Sequence record: SRR22947725_3046
Strand: one strand, 5' to 3'
Length of the DNA: 49,623 nt
The position numbers and the translations under genes are program-made. Positions within the stretch are counted from its first letter, which is position 1. Each line of letters opens with the position of its first letter. The notes under the pieces are model-generated. The model was not told where the DNA came from. It worked only from the letters and a program-made list of their open reading frames with translations, and did not search any database. Of the stretch, positions 27,852 through 37,925 are shown in pieces.

Positions 27852-28874
27852 GTGGTAATGTTTAAGTTGTTAGGTTCTGTGAGTGTGATGTTTTTCCTCA
27901 CGGTTAGTATGGGTTGCGCTAATAATTCTGGTAAAGAATATTACGCAGCAGTAAACGCAGCTGCCGAAGCTCAAGCTAAGGCATCTGAAGCTCGCTACAG
28001 AGCACTCGCTACTGTAGCTCAAAGTGGTGATGGTCAGGCAGCCTCTGCTGCTGTAATGGCCATTGCGCTTACTCAAGATAAGACAATTGCACCTCAGTAT
28101 GTCGAATCTAATGCTCTTAAGTGGGCTCAGGTTCTTACGCCTACTATTGGTACTCTTGGTATTGGCATTGTACAAGCCGGTGTAGCGAAAAATGCATCGA
28201 ACAATGCAGCTGATGTTCAAATGGCAAGCATGGCTAGCAATCAAGCTATTCAACTTGGCCAACAGGACATGATCTCCAACTTAGGTGGCCAATGGGCTGC
28301 CGGTGCTGCCGCTTCTGGTCAGCAGCTAGTTGATCTTGGTGTTGCTGGTTTTGGTGCTCTAAACAATGCTGGCGATCAAACGGTTGCGCTTGGTGTTGCT
28401 GGTCTTAATACAGCTGATAGTATTGCTTCTACCGGTCTTAATACAGTTGGTGCAGTGTCTTTGGCAGGCTTTCAGTCTAACGAGAACATCGCAACCGCTG
28501 GTATTCAAGGCGTAGTTGATACTGCTACGATTGGTATGGATAACCTTAATGACATGGGTCAGTTTGGTATGACTACGGTTGGAGCAGTTGGCTTGGCAGG
28601 TATGGATAACCTCACTACGCTTGGCACCACTGGCATGGAAAACATGCTTAACTTGTCTTTAGATTACAACGATCTAATCGATAGTATGAATACTACTAAC
28701 GCTGATACATTGACTACGACATTGGCTGATGCAAACGATACTAACCTTCAAGGTCAGACAAACTTTGCTCAGATCATTGCAGACATGCAAGCTACGATCG
28801 ATGCAATGTCCGCACAGCTGAACGATCCAATTGTTTGTCAGGACGATGGTACTGGTACTATAGTTTGTAGTTGA
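27852..28874 (+). CDS. putative lipoprotein with 11-residue repeats
   Basis: GGAGG RBS; hydrophobic leader with lipobox-like VSMGC; eight xxxG-hydrophobic 11-mers. Confidence 0.7.
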   Translation: MVMFKLLGSVSVMFFLTVSMGCANNSGKEYYAAVNAAAEAQAKASEARYRALATVAQSGDGQAASAAVMAIALTQDKTIAPQYVESNALKWAQVLTPTIGTLGIGIVQAGVAKNASNNAADVQMASMASNQAIQLGQQDMISNLGGQWAAGAAASGQQLVDLGVAGFGALNNAGDQTVALGVAGLNTADSIASTGLNTVGAVSLAGFQSNENIATAGIQGVVDTATIGMDNLNDMGQFGMTTVGAVGLAGMDNLTTLGTTGMENMLNLSLDYNDLIDSMNTTNADTLTTTLADANDTNLQGQTNFAQIIADMQATIDAMSAQLNDPIVCQDDGTGTIVCS

Positions 28875-29230
28875 TGAAAAGGGCCAGCCGACTGCTGCCG
28901 TTGTTATTAGCAGTCGGCTCCACCTATTCTTTTGCAGACGACGTGTACAGCGCTGCATCTAAACAGTGCTTTAGTCTTATTAAAGATCAGTGGCCAACAA
29001 AACGCATCTACCTTAATACGCACGATAGAATAAAGGGATCCACGGATAGTAGATACTTCATGTCCGGTAGATGCTTTGAACCCGTTTGCTCCGAACCATT
29101 TAGTTGGTTTGTATATCAAGTAAGATATATTGAAGGTCGTAAGGTATACATCACCTGCACCATGAAAGATGCAGGTGAGCCTGTACTAGATCGGTATAAT
29201 GATCAGAACAGTTTTATGCCGCCTGGATAG
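28871..29230 (+). CDS. secreted hypothetical protein
   Basis: Signal-peptide-like N-terminus, four Cys. Confidence 0.55.
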   Translation: MMKRASRLLPLLLAVGSTYSFADDVYSAASKQCFSLIKDQWPTKRIYLNTHDRIKGSTDSRYFMSGRCFEPVCSEPFSWFVYQVRYIEGRKVYITCTMKDAGEPVLDRYNDQNSFMPPG

Positions 29231-29489
29231 ATTCTATCTCACAATGCAAATCGTTACTTAACTGAACGAACTTCCCTGAAGACAGTACTTTGCCCTTGAC
29301 AGTAAACTGCTTGACATCTTGTGGATTAATTTCACAGCGAGTAACTACAGCCCACTCGTTGCCTTTCTTATCAGTAACATAGATAATGTCTTCTGAAATA
29401 CGAACAACGGGTTCAAGGGTGCGGGTGGTCAGTGCATTTGCACTTACAAGTGATGGTACTAATAGTAGAGCGAACAATACAGTTCTCAT
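29214..29489 (-). CDS. secreted hypothetical protein (only convincing minus-strand gene)
   Basis: AGGAGG RBS on the minus strand; signal peptide; two Cys. Confidence 0.7.
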   Translation of the reverse strand: MRTVLFALLLVPSLVSANALTTRTLEPVVRISEDIIYVTDKKGNEWAVVTRCEINPQDVKQFTVKGKVLSSGKFVQLSNDLHCEIESIQAA

Positions 29490-29533
29490 GTTACCTCCTA
29501 ACGCTTCACAGCGAATATGAACTTTTTATTAAA

Positions 29534-29550
29534 ATACCTTTAAAAGGTAT
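29534..29550. promoter_or_regulatory. palindromic operator candidate
   Basis: ATACCTTT-A-AAAGGTAT perfect inverted repeat in the AT-rich divergent intergenic region. Confidence 0.45.
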
Positions 29551-29582
29551 ATATATTATATATAAGAAATGAGTACTATGAA

Positions 29583-29732
29583 ATGAAAAAAGATGACACA
29601 TTGCTGATAAAAATTAACAAAGAGGATAAGAAGAGGTTTATCTCTTTGTGCAAAGAGAAGGATACGTCAGCAAGTAGAGAGATTAGGGCCTACATAAAAA
29701 GATTTATCGATATGGCAGATAAACTGCAATAA
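29583..29732 (+). CDS. ribbon-helix-helix (CopG/Arc-like) regulator, 49 aa
   Basis: MKKDDTLLIKINKEDKKRFISLCKEKDTSASREIRAYIKRFIDMADKLQ: beta strand LIKI, helix, S.S..IR..I helix; not in the ORF track. Confidence 0.65.
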   Translation: MKKDDTLLIKINKEDKKRFISLCKEKDTSASREIRAYIKRFIDMADKLQ

Positions 29733-29757
29733 TACGATTTGTTTTTGTGATAAGTTT

Positions 29758-29765
29758 TATAAATA
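29758..29765 (+). promoter_or_regulatory. T4-type late promoter
   Basis: TATAAATA upstream of hsp20. Confidence 0.75.
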
Positions 29766-29831
29766 GTTGTGCTGATGCGGATGGTCCGGTCAGTAGACAA
29801 CAACCTTGCTTTTAACTAAGGAGGCACCACA
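29766..29831 (+). promoter_or_regulatory. structured hsp20 5' UTR, ROSE-like RNA thermometer candidate
   Basis: Stem GTTGT/ACAAC and CTGA/TCAG, then CCTTGCTT able to pair with the AAGGAGG Shine-Dalgarno. Confidence 0.6.
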
Positions 29832-30275
29832 ATGGTAGCAACTAAAGCATTTTCGTTTCCACGTTCACACTTCATCGGATTTGACCACGTATGGTCTGAG
29901 ATAGAGCGACTGTCAGAGATGGCAGACAACAAGCTGTATCCTCCACATAACGTCGTCAAGAAAGATGAAACACACTTTTCAATCGAGCTTGCCCTAGCTG
30001 GGTATAACAAAGAACAGTTGACCGTAGAGGTAAAAGACGGGATACTGGTCGTAGCTGGTGGAAAGGGTGACGGAGAGGTTGAACGTGAGTATCTCCACCG
30101 CGGTATTTCTGCAAAGAAGTTTACCCGCACCTTTAGACTATCAGAGCATGTTGTCGTTGATGGAGCTGACTTCATCGACGGCTTACTCGTCATTGATCTG
30201 AGAGTAGAAGTCCCAGAAGATAAGCGTCCCCGGTCTATACCAATTGGAGGTCAATTGTTGACGGAGGCAAAATGA
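29832..30275 (+). CDS. hsp20: small heat-shock protein Hsp20 (IbpA-like)
   Basis: FIGFD, YPPHN, IELALAG, YLHRGIS...F.R.F.L, GA...DGLL.I.L. Confidence 0.95.
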   Translation: MVATKAFSFPRSHFIGFDHVWSEIERLSEMADNKLYPPHNVVKKDETHFSIELALAGYNKEQLTVEVKDGILVVAGGKGDGEVEREYLHRGISAKKFTRTFRLSEHVVVDGADFIDGLLVIDLRVEVPEDKRPRSIPIGGQLLTEAK

Positions 30276-30466
30276 AACATTTGGCAGTAGTTGCCTTATG
30301 TTTATTTTCGACTTTTGCAAGCGCTAGTGAGATTGAAGAAGTTGCTGTGAAGGCAAGACAAGTTCGTGTTGTATTAGTAAAACTTTCTGAAAATCATCGC
30401 CAGAACCCTGTCACTGGGAACTGGTACTACGTGGAAGAAAAGAAAGAAGAGAAAACTAAGGCGTAA
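30272..30466 (+). CDS. small secreted protein with a TonB-box-like N-terminus
   Basis: GGAGG RBS, signal peptide ending ASA, mature SEIEEVAVKARQ. Confidence 0.6.
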   Translation: MKHLAVVALCLFSTFASASEIEEVAVKARQVRVVLVKLSENHRQNPVTGNWYYVEEKKEEKTKA

Positions 30467-30470
30467 AGTC

Positions 30471-30494
30471 TGGGGCCCTTCGGGGCCCCTTTTT
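30471..30494 (+). terminator. Rho-independent terminator (UUCG loop)
   Basis: GGGGCCC-TTCG-GGGCCCC with TTTTT. Confidence 0.88.
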
Positions 30495-30508
30495 GTGAGG
30501 AATATAGC

Positions 30509-30787
30509 ATGGCTATTAAAGTTGTAAGAATGTTGTCTGGAGAAGATATTCTCTGTGAGTGTGAAGATAAGACCGACTACTTGGAAATTGTTAACGGAGT
30601 AGTCGTTGTCCCCACCCAGCAAAGTAGTGTACAATTCGTACCATACAGTCCCTTTACTACAAAGGATCCGTTACATATTAACAAGGACATGGTCGTCTTT
30701 GTTGGAGAGCCAGACAACAGTCTTATGAATCAGCATAAGAAAATGTTTGGTGGAATTATTACCCCTGAATCAGGACTTATAGCATGA
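30509..30787 (+). CDS. Sm-like fold phage protein, paralogue A
   Basis: IK..R..SGED..C, F.PY.PF, V.F..EP. Confidence 0.65.
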   Translation: MAIKVVRMLSGEDILCECEDKTDYLEIVNGVVVVPTQQSSVQFVPYSPFTTKDPLHINKDMVVFVGEPDNSLMNQHKKMFGGIITPESGLIA

Positions 30788-31071
30788 GTAAATTTATAGT
30801 AATGAAATTGGTTGGTGGTCAAGATGTAATGGCCAAACTTATTGAGGAGACTGATACATCTTACAAATTAGAGTCTCCGATGGTAATGACAGTAGACGCT
30901 GATAGGATCATGTACATGGCACTTGCGCCTTTTAGTCCTATGGATGAGGAAGTAGAACTCAGTAAGCAACACGTACTCTTTGATGCAAGACCATTACCAC
31001 ATATGATTGATCAGTTCGATGATCTTATGAACGGTAAGCTACCGCAAGCAACGCCTGTTGATAATGAGTAA
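30784..31071 (+). CDS. Sm-like fold phage protein, paralogue B
   Basis: KL.GGQDV.A, P.., APF, V.F...P; same pattern as the upstream gene. Confidence 0.55.
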   Translation: MSKFIVMKLVGGQDVMAKLIEETDTSYKLESPMVMTVDADRIMYMALAPFSPMDEEVELSKQHVLFDARPLPHMIDQFDDLMNGKLPQATPVDNE

Positions 31072-33622
31072 ACCTTTCTATACGAACGTGACCAGGGGTC
31101 GCGGTCGGCAAGGCGACTATCTTTATTTTAGAGGATATAACAACAGCAAACGTATCCAGCGTAAGGTAAGGTATAAGCCTACTTTGTACGTTCCAAGTCC
31201 CGAACCAACTGAGTTTAAATCACTTGGTGGTTCTTACCTGGCTGATATGACTTTCGAAAGTATTCGCGAAGCTCGAAATTTTATTGACGAGTACAAGAAC
31301 GTCGATAATTTTGACATCCACGGTAACCAAGACTTCATACAACAGTTCATTAGTGATGCGTTCCAGCATGTGATTGAGTTTAACCGTGACGTTATCAACC
31401 TTACGACTATTGATATCGAAGTCCAATCTGATCAAGGGTTTCCAAGACCCGAAGATGCCAACCATCCAGTAACAGCAATCACTATTAAAAACAATATCGA
31501 TAACGTATACTACGTTTGGGGTATGGGTGACTGGGACCACAGCAAGTCTATCGTTAATCATTTGACAGTTAAGTACGTCAAGTGTGCCAATGAAGCCGAG
31601 CTGCTCCACAAGTTCATGGATCAATGGGCGTCCAACTATCCAGACGCAGTCACTGGTTGGAACAGTAGATTCTTTGACCTCGTCTATTTGGTTAACCGTA
31701 TTAACAAAGTACTTGGTGACGGTCACGCTAACAAGCTATCACCGTGGCACCACGAAATGGGTCACACGCTCAGATATCGAGAAGTTGGTTCGTTCGAGAC
31801 TCCTGTATATGAGATCGAAGGTATTGAGCAGTTAGATTACTTGGATCTGTTTAAGAAGTTTGCATACAGTTATGGTACTCAAGAGTCTTACAAGCTAGAT
31901 CACATTGCTCATGTTGTACTTGGTGAAAATAAGATCGACTACAGTGAATATGGATCTCTTAACGAACTGTACCTAAACGACTTTCAGAAGTTTATCGACT
32001 ATAACATTAAGGACGTTGAGATTGTAGACCGACTTGAGGACAAGATGGGTCTTGCTACCTTGTGCATGACGATAGCATACAAAGGTAAAGTCAACTACGC
32101 TGATGCTTTTGGTTCTGTTGCGGTGTGGGATGCTTTGATATTCAATGAGCTCCGTAGTAGAGGAATCATTTGTCCTCCCAAGAGGAGCAACGAAAAAGAA
32201 AGGAAGATTGAAGGTGCACACGTAAAGGATCCGCAGGTTGGCATGCATGAATGGGTAATGTCGTTTGACTTAAACAGTCTATATCCACATATCATCATGC
32301 AATACAATATGTCACCAGAGACGATTGTAGATAGCGTGCATTCGTTTGATCTACTTAAACGAGACAACACATACGGACACTATCATTCGTCTGTAGATTA
32401 TCTGTTGGATCAAAACCCACTTAATATAAAGACAGAGCACAGTATGGCTGGCACCGGCCAGTTCTTTGATCGTACTAAGCGAGGACTGTTTCCTGAGCTA
32501 GTTGATAACCTGTATAGTGAGCGTAAGCAATACAAAAAGCAAATGCTAGACGTGGAGCAGCAGATACAGGATCAAGGATCTAATTATGAGTTGGAGAAGT
32601 TAGTAACGACTTTAGACAATAAGCAGATGGCTATTAAGATTCTAATGAATAGCCTTTATGGTGCGATGTCTAATGAGTACTTCAGATATTACGATATGAG
32701 GATTGCTGAGGGTATCACAATCAGTGGTCAGCTTACAATTCGTTGGGCAGAGAAGCATCTTAACCAGTACATGAATAAGGTACTGGGTACAGATAACCAA
32801 GACTATGTGATTGCAATCGATACTGATTCCCTGTACATTAACATGGGCGGACTTGTAAACAAAGTCAATCCAAAAGACCCAGTAAAGTTCTTAGACAAGG
32901 TTGCCACAGAGAAGATTGAGCCTCTACTTGATCTTGCGTATCAAAAGCTGAAGGACTATCTACACGGTTATGATCAGATGATGGTCATGAAGCGAGAGGT
33001 GATTGCATCTAAAGGCGTGTGGACTGGTAAGAAGCACTACGTGCTAAACGTACACAACAGCGAAGGTGTACAATACAAAGAACCTAAGCTAAAGATGATG
33101 GGCATCGAGGCTGTAAGATCATCGACTCCAGCTGTGTGTCGTGAGATGTTTAAGGATACTCTTAAGGTAATCTTGGAAAAGGACGAGATCAGTACACAGA
33201 ACTATATCCGTGAATTACGTGATAAGTTCAAACATTTACCCATTGAAGACATAGCATTTCCACGCTCTGTCAATCGACTACCCTTTTACAAAGACAGTGT
33301 AACGCTGTTTAAGAAAGGAACACCGATACAGGTTCGTGCAGCATTGAAGTATAATTACTACATTGATCAATATCAGTTGAACAATAAATATGAGAAGATA
33401 TACTCGGGTGAGAAGATTAAGTTTTGTTATCTAAAACAACCCAACAAGGTACAGAGCAATGTCATTGCATTCCCTCAAATCCTGCCTGAAGAATTTGGTG
33501 TACGCGAGCATGTGGATTACGATACCCAGTTTGAGAAGGCTTTTGTTGAACCCGTCAAGAGCATTTTGGATGCTGTGGGTTGGGATGTAGAACCAAGGGC
33601 AACTCTGGAGGCATTCTTCTAA
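31064..33622 (+). CDS. 43: family B DNA polymerase gp43
   Basis: Exo DIEV, GWNS..FD; pol [24 protein letters not shown]-terminal clamp-binding TLEAFF. Confidence 0.99.
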   Translation: MSKPFYTNVTRGRGRQGDYLYFRGYNNSKRIQRKVRYKPTLYVPSPEPTEFKSLGGSYLADMTFESIREARNFIDEYKNVDNFDIHGNQDFIQQFISDAFQHVIEFNRDVINLTTIDIEVQSDQGFPRPEDANHPVTAITIKNNIDNVYYVWGMGDWDHSKSIVNHLTVKYVKCANEAELLHKFMDQWASNYPDAVTGWNSRFFDLVYLVNRINKVLGDGHANKLSPWHHEMGHTLRYREVGSFETPVYEIEGIEQLDYLDLFKKFAYSYGTQESYKLDHIAHVVLGENKIDYSEYGSLNELYLNDFQKFIDYNIKDVEIVDRLEDKMGLATLCMTIAYKGKVNYADAFGSVAVWDALIFNELRSRGIICPPKRSNEKERKIEGAHVKDPQVGMHEWVMSFDLNSLYPHIIMQYNMSPETIVDSVHSFDLLKRDNTYGHYHSSVDYLLDQNPLNIKTEHSMAGTGQFFDRTKRGLFPELVDNLYSERKQYKKQMLDVEQQIQDQGSNYELEKLVTTLDNKQMAIKILMNSLYGAMSNEYFRYYDMRIAEGITISGQLTIRWAEKHLNQYMNKVLGTDNQDYVIAIDTDSLYINMGGLVNKVNPKDPVKFLDKVATEKIEPLLDLAYQKLKDYLHGYDQMMVMKREVIASKGVWTGKKHYVLNVHNSEGVQYKEPKLKMMGIEAVRSSTPAVCREMFKDTLKVILEKDEISTQNYIRELRDKFKHLPIEDIAFPRSVNRLPFYKDSVTLFKKGTPIQVRAALKYNYYIDQYQLNNKYEKIYSGEKIKFCYLKQPNKVQSNVIAFPQILPEEFGVREHVDYDTQFEKAFVEPVKSILDAVGWDVEPRATLEAFF

Positions 33623-33894
33623 TGAGCGACAACATATACAACGCTTTCGATTTTGGATTTTCCATGGTCGATGAGGATGAGCTGGAAGCAGTACAGGCAG
33701 CTCATGAACAAGTACAGACTACCTCGGCAACAGCCGAACAATTACAAGCGCGGCTAACTAAATTATATGATGCGGTGCAGCCACTCCTTCATAATCTTAG
33801 ACAGAGCTCCGATAAAGAATATATTTGGTGGCCAAACAGATTGGAGAAGATCGAGCAATTTTCGGACATGCTCGATGGAATCTACAAAGGCTAA
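33622..33894 (+). CDS. conserved hypothetical protein
   Basis: FDFGFS.VDEDEL, PLL.NL....KEYI.WPNR pattern; coupled to gp43. Confidence 0.65.
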   Translation: MSDNIYNAFDFGFSMVDEDELEAVQAAHEQVQTTSATAEQLQARLTKLYDAVQPLLHNLRQSSDKEYIWWPNRLEKIEQFSDMLDGIYKG

Positions 33895-33896
33895 CA

Positions 33897-34955
33897 ATGG
33901 GCATTTTAACCCTTGTTATGGCTCTTGCTATCTCTGGTGTAGCAGCGTGGTATAGTATTGCTGGTCTAGTTGCTATCTTTTCTGGAGCAGCAACTGCAAT
34001 TATTATTATGGGTGGTGTGTTGGAGGCAGGTAAGCTGGTCACCGCTTCGTGGTTATACCGTAACTGGAAGCAAGTACCGTTATTACTAAAAACATATCTT
34101 ACATCAGCAGTGGTTGTGTTGATGTTTATCACCTCAATGGGTATCTTTGGCTTTTTGTCAAAGGCACATTTGGAACATTCAATATCAGTAGGTGGCACTA
34201 ATGAACTACAAATCACTAACTTGGAGAGACAGATTGCGAGACAGCAATCAATCATTGCTGATGCAGAAACGGTACTCACGCAACTGGATTCGCAAGTCGC
34301 CACCCTCATCGAATACGACAGGATTCGTGGTCCTTCAGGTTCGATTGCGGTTCGCGAAAGTCAATCGGATGAGAGGCGTCTTCTCAACGAGACGATTGAT
34401 GCTGCGTACATTCGCATTGATGGACTCCAAAAAGATCTCACTCCGATCCAGCAGGAAAAATTGGCTCTCGAGGTCGAGGTTGGGCCGCTTAAATATATTG
34501 CGGAGCTAATCTATGGAGACCAGGCACGTGACTTTTTTGATGAAGCCGTACGTTGGGTCATTCTTCTTATTGTCTTTGTATTTGATCCACTTGCTGTTCT
34601 TCTGCTCATAGCAGCTAATATGACGTTGACTCAACCTAAGTCTCCAAAACCACTAAGAAAGACCGAGGCTGTAGTTGTTGGTGAAATAAACGATCACTGG
34701 TCGACAGAAACTGTTCAAGTAGAAGATGAACCACATGATGACTATGAAGTTACTGAATGGGAAGTAGTCAATACAACTAATTCTAAAGATCAGCTAAAAA
34801 GTATGTTAAACGATGTTGATCAAAAGCTGGTAGATCTGTATACTCACCGTAACACTTTAGAAAACAAAAGAGAAAAACGTTCATTGCAACGTCTAAAGAA
34901 AAAAATAATAGATAGACTAAACAATTTGGAGAACACACATGAAAGTTCCAGCTAG
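33897..34955 (+). CDS. membrane protein with coiled coil
   Basis: N-terminal TM helices (ISGVAAWYSI.GL, LEAGKLV, ITSMGIFGFLSKAH), coiled coil, GPLKYIA, FVFDPLAV TM. Confidence 0.75.
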   Translation: MGILTLVMALAISGVAAWYSIAGLVAIFSGAATAIIIMGGVLEAGKLVTASWLYRNWKQVPLLLKTYLTSAVVVLMFITSMGIFGFLSKAHLEHSISVGGTNELQITNLERQIARQQSIIADAETVLTQLDSQVATLIEYDRIRGPSGSIAVRESQSDERRLLNETIDAAYIRIDGLQKDLTPIQQEKLALEVEVGPLKYIAELIYGDQARDFFDEAVRWVILLIVFVFDPLAVLLLIAANMTLTQPKSPKPLRKTEAVVVGEINDHWSTETVQVEDEPHDDYEVTEWEVVNTTNSKDQLKSMLNDVDQKLVDLYTHRNTLENKREKRSLQRLKKKIIDRLNNLENTHESSS

Positions 34956-35226
34956 TCTTAAAGCGTGGGCGGAAACTACCGTACCAGAGAACGCTACCGA
35001 AGACGAAAGACATTCAATAGTTACACAAAAACTTACCGATAAACTGTTGGAATATCAGGTTGAGTATAGATTAAAACTAGGGCTGGTAGATGGATCATTA
35101 TCCATCCCTGAAGGATGCACGGTTGGATCCATATTAGCCAAATCTGATGAGGCATCGGTAGCTGCTTTTAATGAACACGCAGAGGCGATATTAAACGAAT
35201 GCGTTTTTAACGACACTGCTCTTTAA
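34939..35226 (+). CDS. hypothetical protein
   Basis: GGAG RBS; fills the gap before uvsX. Confidence 0.55.
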   Translation: MKVPASLKAWAETTVPENATEDERHSIVTQKLTDKLLEYQVEYRLKLGLVDGSLSIPEGCTVGSILAKSDEASVAAFNEHAEAILNECVFNDTAL

Positions 35227-35243
35227 CAGATAGGAATATTATA

Positions 35244-36296
35244 ATGAGTGAATTTTTCCGTGATATTGTAAAGCAACTTAATGATGAAAACACAACCATC
35301 GCAGAAGATGGGTTAGCAAGTGCTGAGTACAGTGGCAACATTGATACGGGCAGCTACATCTTAAACGCTGCTCTTAGCGGTAGTATCTTTGGTGGTGTCC
35401 CTAACAACAAGATCACAGCATTCGCTGGTGAGTCTGCAACTGGTAAAACTTTCTTCGTAATGGGCGTTGTGAAAAAGTTCTTAGACGATCATACCGACGG
35501 TGCTGTGTTCTATTTCGACACCGAGGCTGCTGTAACTAAGGATATGATGAAGCAAAGGGGTATTGATACCAATCGAGTAATCATCAGTGAACCAGATACC
35601 ATTCAACGGTTCCGTCATACAGCACTTCAGATCCTAGACAACTACAACAGCACGTCTGGTGAGAAGCCTCCAATGCTGATGGTACTAGACTCTCTTGGCC
35701 AGCTTTCCACTACTAAGGAGGTAGAGGACACTGCTGCTGGTAGCGAAACAAGAGACATGACAAAGGCTGCTACTCTCAAGGCTACTTTCCGAGTACTTAA
35801 TTTAAAGTTAGCTAAAGCTAACGTACCAATGCTTGTTACCAACCACGTATATGAGATGGTCGGATCATACATTCCTACCAAAGAAATGGCTGGTGGCAGC
35901 GGCCTAAAGTATACCGCATCTCAGATCTGCTTTTTGTCTAAGAAGAAGGAAAAGGATGGCAAGGATGTAATCGGTAACATTATCAAAGTACGTATGGCTA
36001 AGTCTCGTCTTACCAAAGAAAATAAGCAGATAGAAGTACTGCTTACATATGACAAAGGTCTTGATAGGTATTATGGTCTATTGGAGTTAGCTGAAAAGTA
36101 TGAGATAATTAAGAAGGTGGCTAACCGTTATGAGATGCCTGATGGCACTAAAGTATACGCCAAGGCAATCCTAAAAGAGCCTACTAAGTACTTTGACGAT
36201 GAGCTGCTTGCTCGCATTGACGAAGCTGCACGTATGGAGTTTACTTACGGTTCCACTGACGATTACGAGCTCGAAGAGAACGAGTTGGCTGTATGA
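35244..36296 (+). CDS. uvsX: RecA-like recombinase UvsX
   Basis: DTGSY.LNA.LSG, AGESATGKTFF, LDSLG, GG.GLKY. Confidence 0.96.
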   Translation: MSEFFRDIVKQLNDENTTIAEDGLASAEYSGNIDTGSYILNAALSGSIFGGVPNNKITAFAGESATGKTFFVMGVVKKFLDDHTDGAVFYFDTEAAVTKDMMKQRGIDTNRVIISEPDTIQRFRHTALQILDNYNSTSGEKPPMLMVLDSLGQLSTTKEVEDTAAGSETRDMTKAATLKATFRVLNLKLAKANVPMLVTNHVYEMVGSYIPTKEMAGGSGLKYTASQICFLSKKKEKDGKDVIGNIIKVRMAKSRLTKENKQIEVLLTYDKGLDRYYGLLELAEKYEIIKKVANRYEMPDGTKVYAKAILKEPTKYFDDELLARIDEAARMEFTYGSTDDYELEENELAV

Positions 36297-36565
36297 TTCC
36301 CAAGTATGCTGTCCTTGAAGCTAAGGACAAAGATAGTGTATGTCCAATAATGATAGTTGAAGGTGAGTATGAAGGAACCGTACTTACCTTTGACGTCGTT
36401 AAGTTATCTGAAGACGGTGTACTATCTTTTACATATAATGTATTAGAAGGTGACGCTACAGGCGATCAATTTCAGAACACCCTTGGCGACATTCTTGTAA
36501 AGATGATTGAAGAGAAAGTTTTAAATGACCATAGAAACGAATATTCTGAGTCAGCTAATCAATAG
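36293..36565 (+). CDS. hypothetical protein (gp40-like by position)
   Basis: Between uvsX and gp41, as gp40 is in T4. Confidence 0.5.
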   Translation: MIPKYAVLEAKDKDSVCPIMIVEGEYEGTVLTFDVVKLSEDGVLSFTYNVLEGDATGDQFQNTLGDILVKMIEEKVLNDHRNEYSESANQ

Positions 36566-37925
36566 CGAATCCTATGCACGTAAAGTGCTTCCCTTTCTAA
36601 AAGAAGAATACTTCCAGACAATTACCGATAGGTTACTGGTAACCAAGATCAAGGAGTACATGGAGAAGTACAACGTACCTCCGTCTAAGGATGCGTTGTA
36701 CATTGAGTTGGAAAATACAGACTCACTAAGTGAAGCAGACTACAGCAACACTGTATCACAAGTCGAGCAGCTAAAGCAAGACGATGATGTGAACGAACAG
36801 TGGCTTATTGATAAGACTGAACAGTTCTGTCAAGAGAAGGCCGTGTATAATGCTATCATGGAATCAATTCATATCATCGATGGCAAGAATAAGAATAAGA
36901 CTAAGCAAGCTATTCCACAGGTTCTATCGGAAGCACTTGCCGTGTCTTTTGATAACCATATTGGTCATGACTTTATAGAAGACTATCAGCAACGATTTGA
37001 CTTCTACCATCACAAAGAAGAGCGTATACCTTTTGATCTTGATTATATGAACCGGATCACCAAGGGTGGTCTTCCTCGTAAGTCTCTAAACATTATCCTT
37101 GCTGGTACAGGTGTAGGTAAATCTCTTGCGATGTGTCACTTTGCTGCAAGTAATATGATGGAAGGTAAGAACGTACTGTACATCACAATGGAGATGGCAG
37201 AAGAAAAGATTGCAGAACGTATCGATGCAAACTTACTTAATGTCAAGGTCGATGAGCTTGTAAACCTTCCAAAGGATATGTACGACAAGAAGATTAGTGA
37301 TCTTAGACAAAGGACTCCTGGTCGACTTATTATCAAAGAGTATCCGACTGCATCAGCTCACTCTGGACACTTCCGTCATTTGATAAATGAGTTAAAGATC
37401 AAACGTAACTTTACTCCCGACATCATATACATCGACTACCTAAATATTTGTAGCAGCAGCAGAACAAAGGCGATAGGAGGTACTATAAACTCCTATACGT
37501 ACATTAAAGCGATAGCAGAGGAGCTACGTGGACTAGCTGTCGAAAAGAACGTACCGATCGTCTCAGCGACTCAGACGACGCGTTCTGGCTTCAATAACAG
37601 CGATCTTGGATTAGAGGATACTTCGGAATCATTTGGACTGCCTGCTACAGCTGATTTTATGTTTGCTATTATCAACAGCGATGAAATGGAGCAACTCGGT
37701 CAGCTAATGGTCAAGCAGTTGAAGAATAGATATAATGACCCGACTTTGTTTAAGAGATTTGTTATTGGTGTTGATAGAGCTAAGATGAGACTGTATGATG
37801 TTGAACAGACAGCACAAACTGACATAGTAGATGATGGTCCTGTAATGGATAACACAGAAGTTGGTAAAGGTCTTAATCAAGCGTTTGGTAAACCTAAAAA
37901 AGATTTTAGTGATTTATTTGTATGA
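36525..37925 (+). CDS. 41: replicative helicase gp41
   Basis: AGTGVGKSL.MC, KEYPT, IDYLNIC, ATQTTR, SESFGLPATAD, KQLKNRY. Confidence 0.98.
   Translation: MTIETNILSQLINSESYARKVLPFLKEEYFQTITDRLLVTKIKEYMEKYNVPPSKDALYIELENTDSLSEADYSNTVSQVEQLKQDDDVNEQWLIDKTEQFCQEKAVYNAIMESIHIIDGKNKNKTKQAIPQVLSEALAVSFDNHIGHDFIEDYQQRFDFYHHKEERIPFDLDYMNRITKGGLPRKSLNIILAGTGVGKSLAMCHFAASNMMEGKNVLYITMEMAEEKIAERIDANLLNVKVDELVNLPKDMYDKKISDLRQRTPGRLIIKEYPTASAHSGHFRHLINELKIKRNFTPDIIYIDYLNICSSSRTKAIGGTINSYTYIKAIAEELRGLAVEKNVPIVSATQTTRSGFNNSDLGLEDTSESFGLPATADFMFAIINSDEMEQLGQLMVKQLKNRYNDPTLFKRFVIGVDRAKMRLYDVEQTAQTDIVDDGPVMDNTEVGKGLNQAFGKPKKDFSDLFV

Noticed and set aside
31064-37925. Inteins or introns in gp43, uvsX or gp41
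   Set aside because: Lengths are normal and the motifs are contiguous
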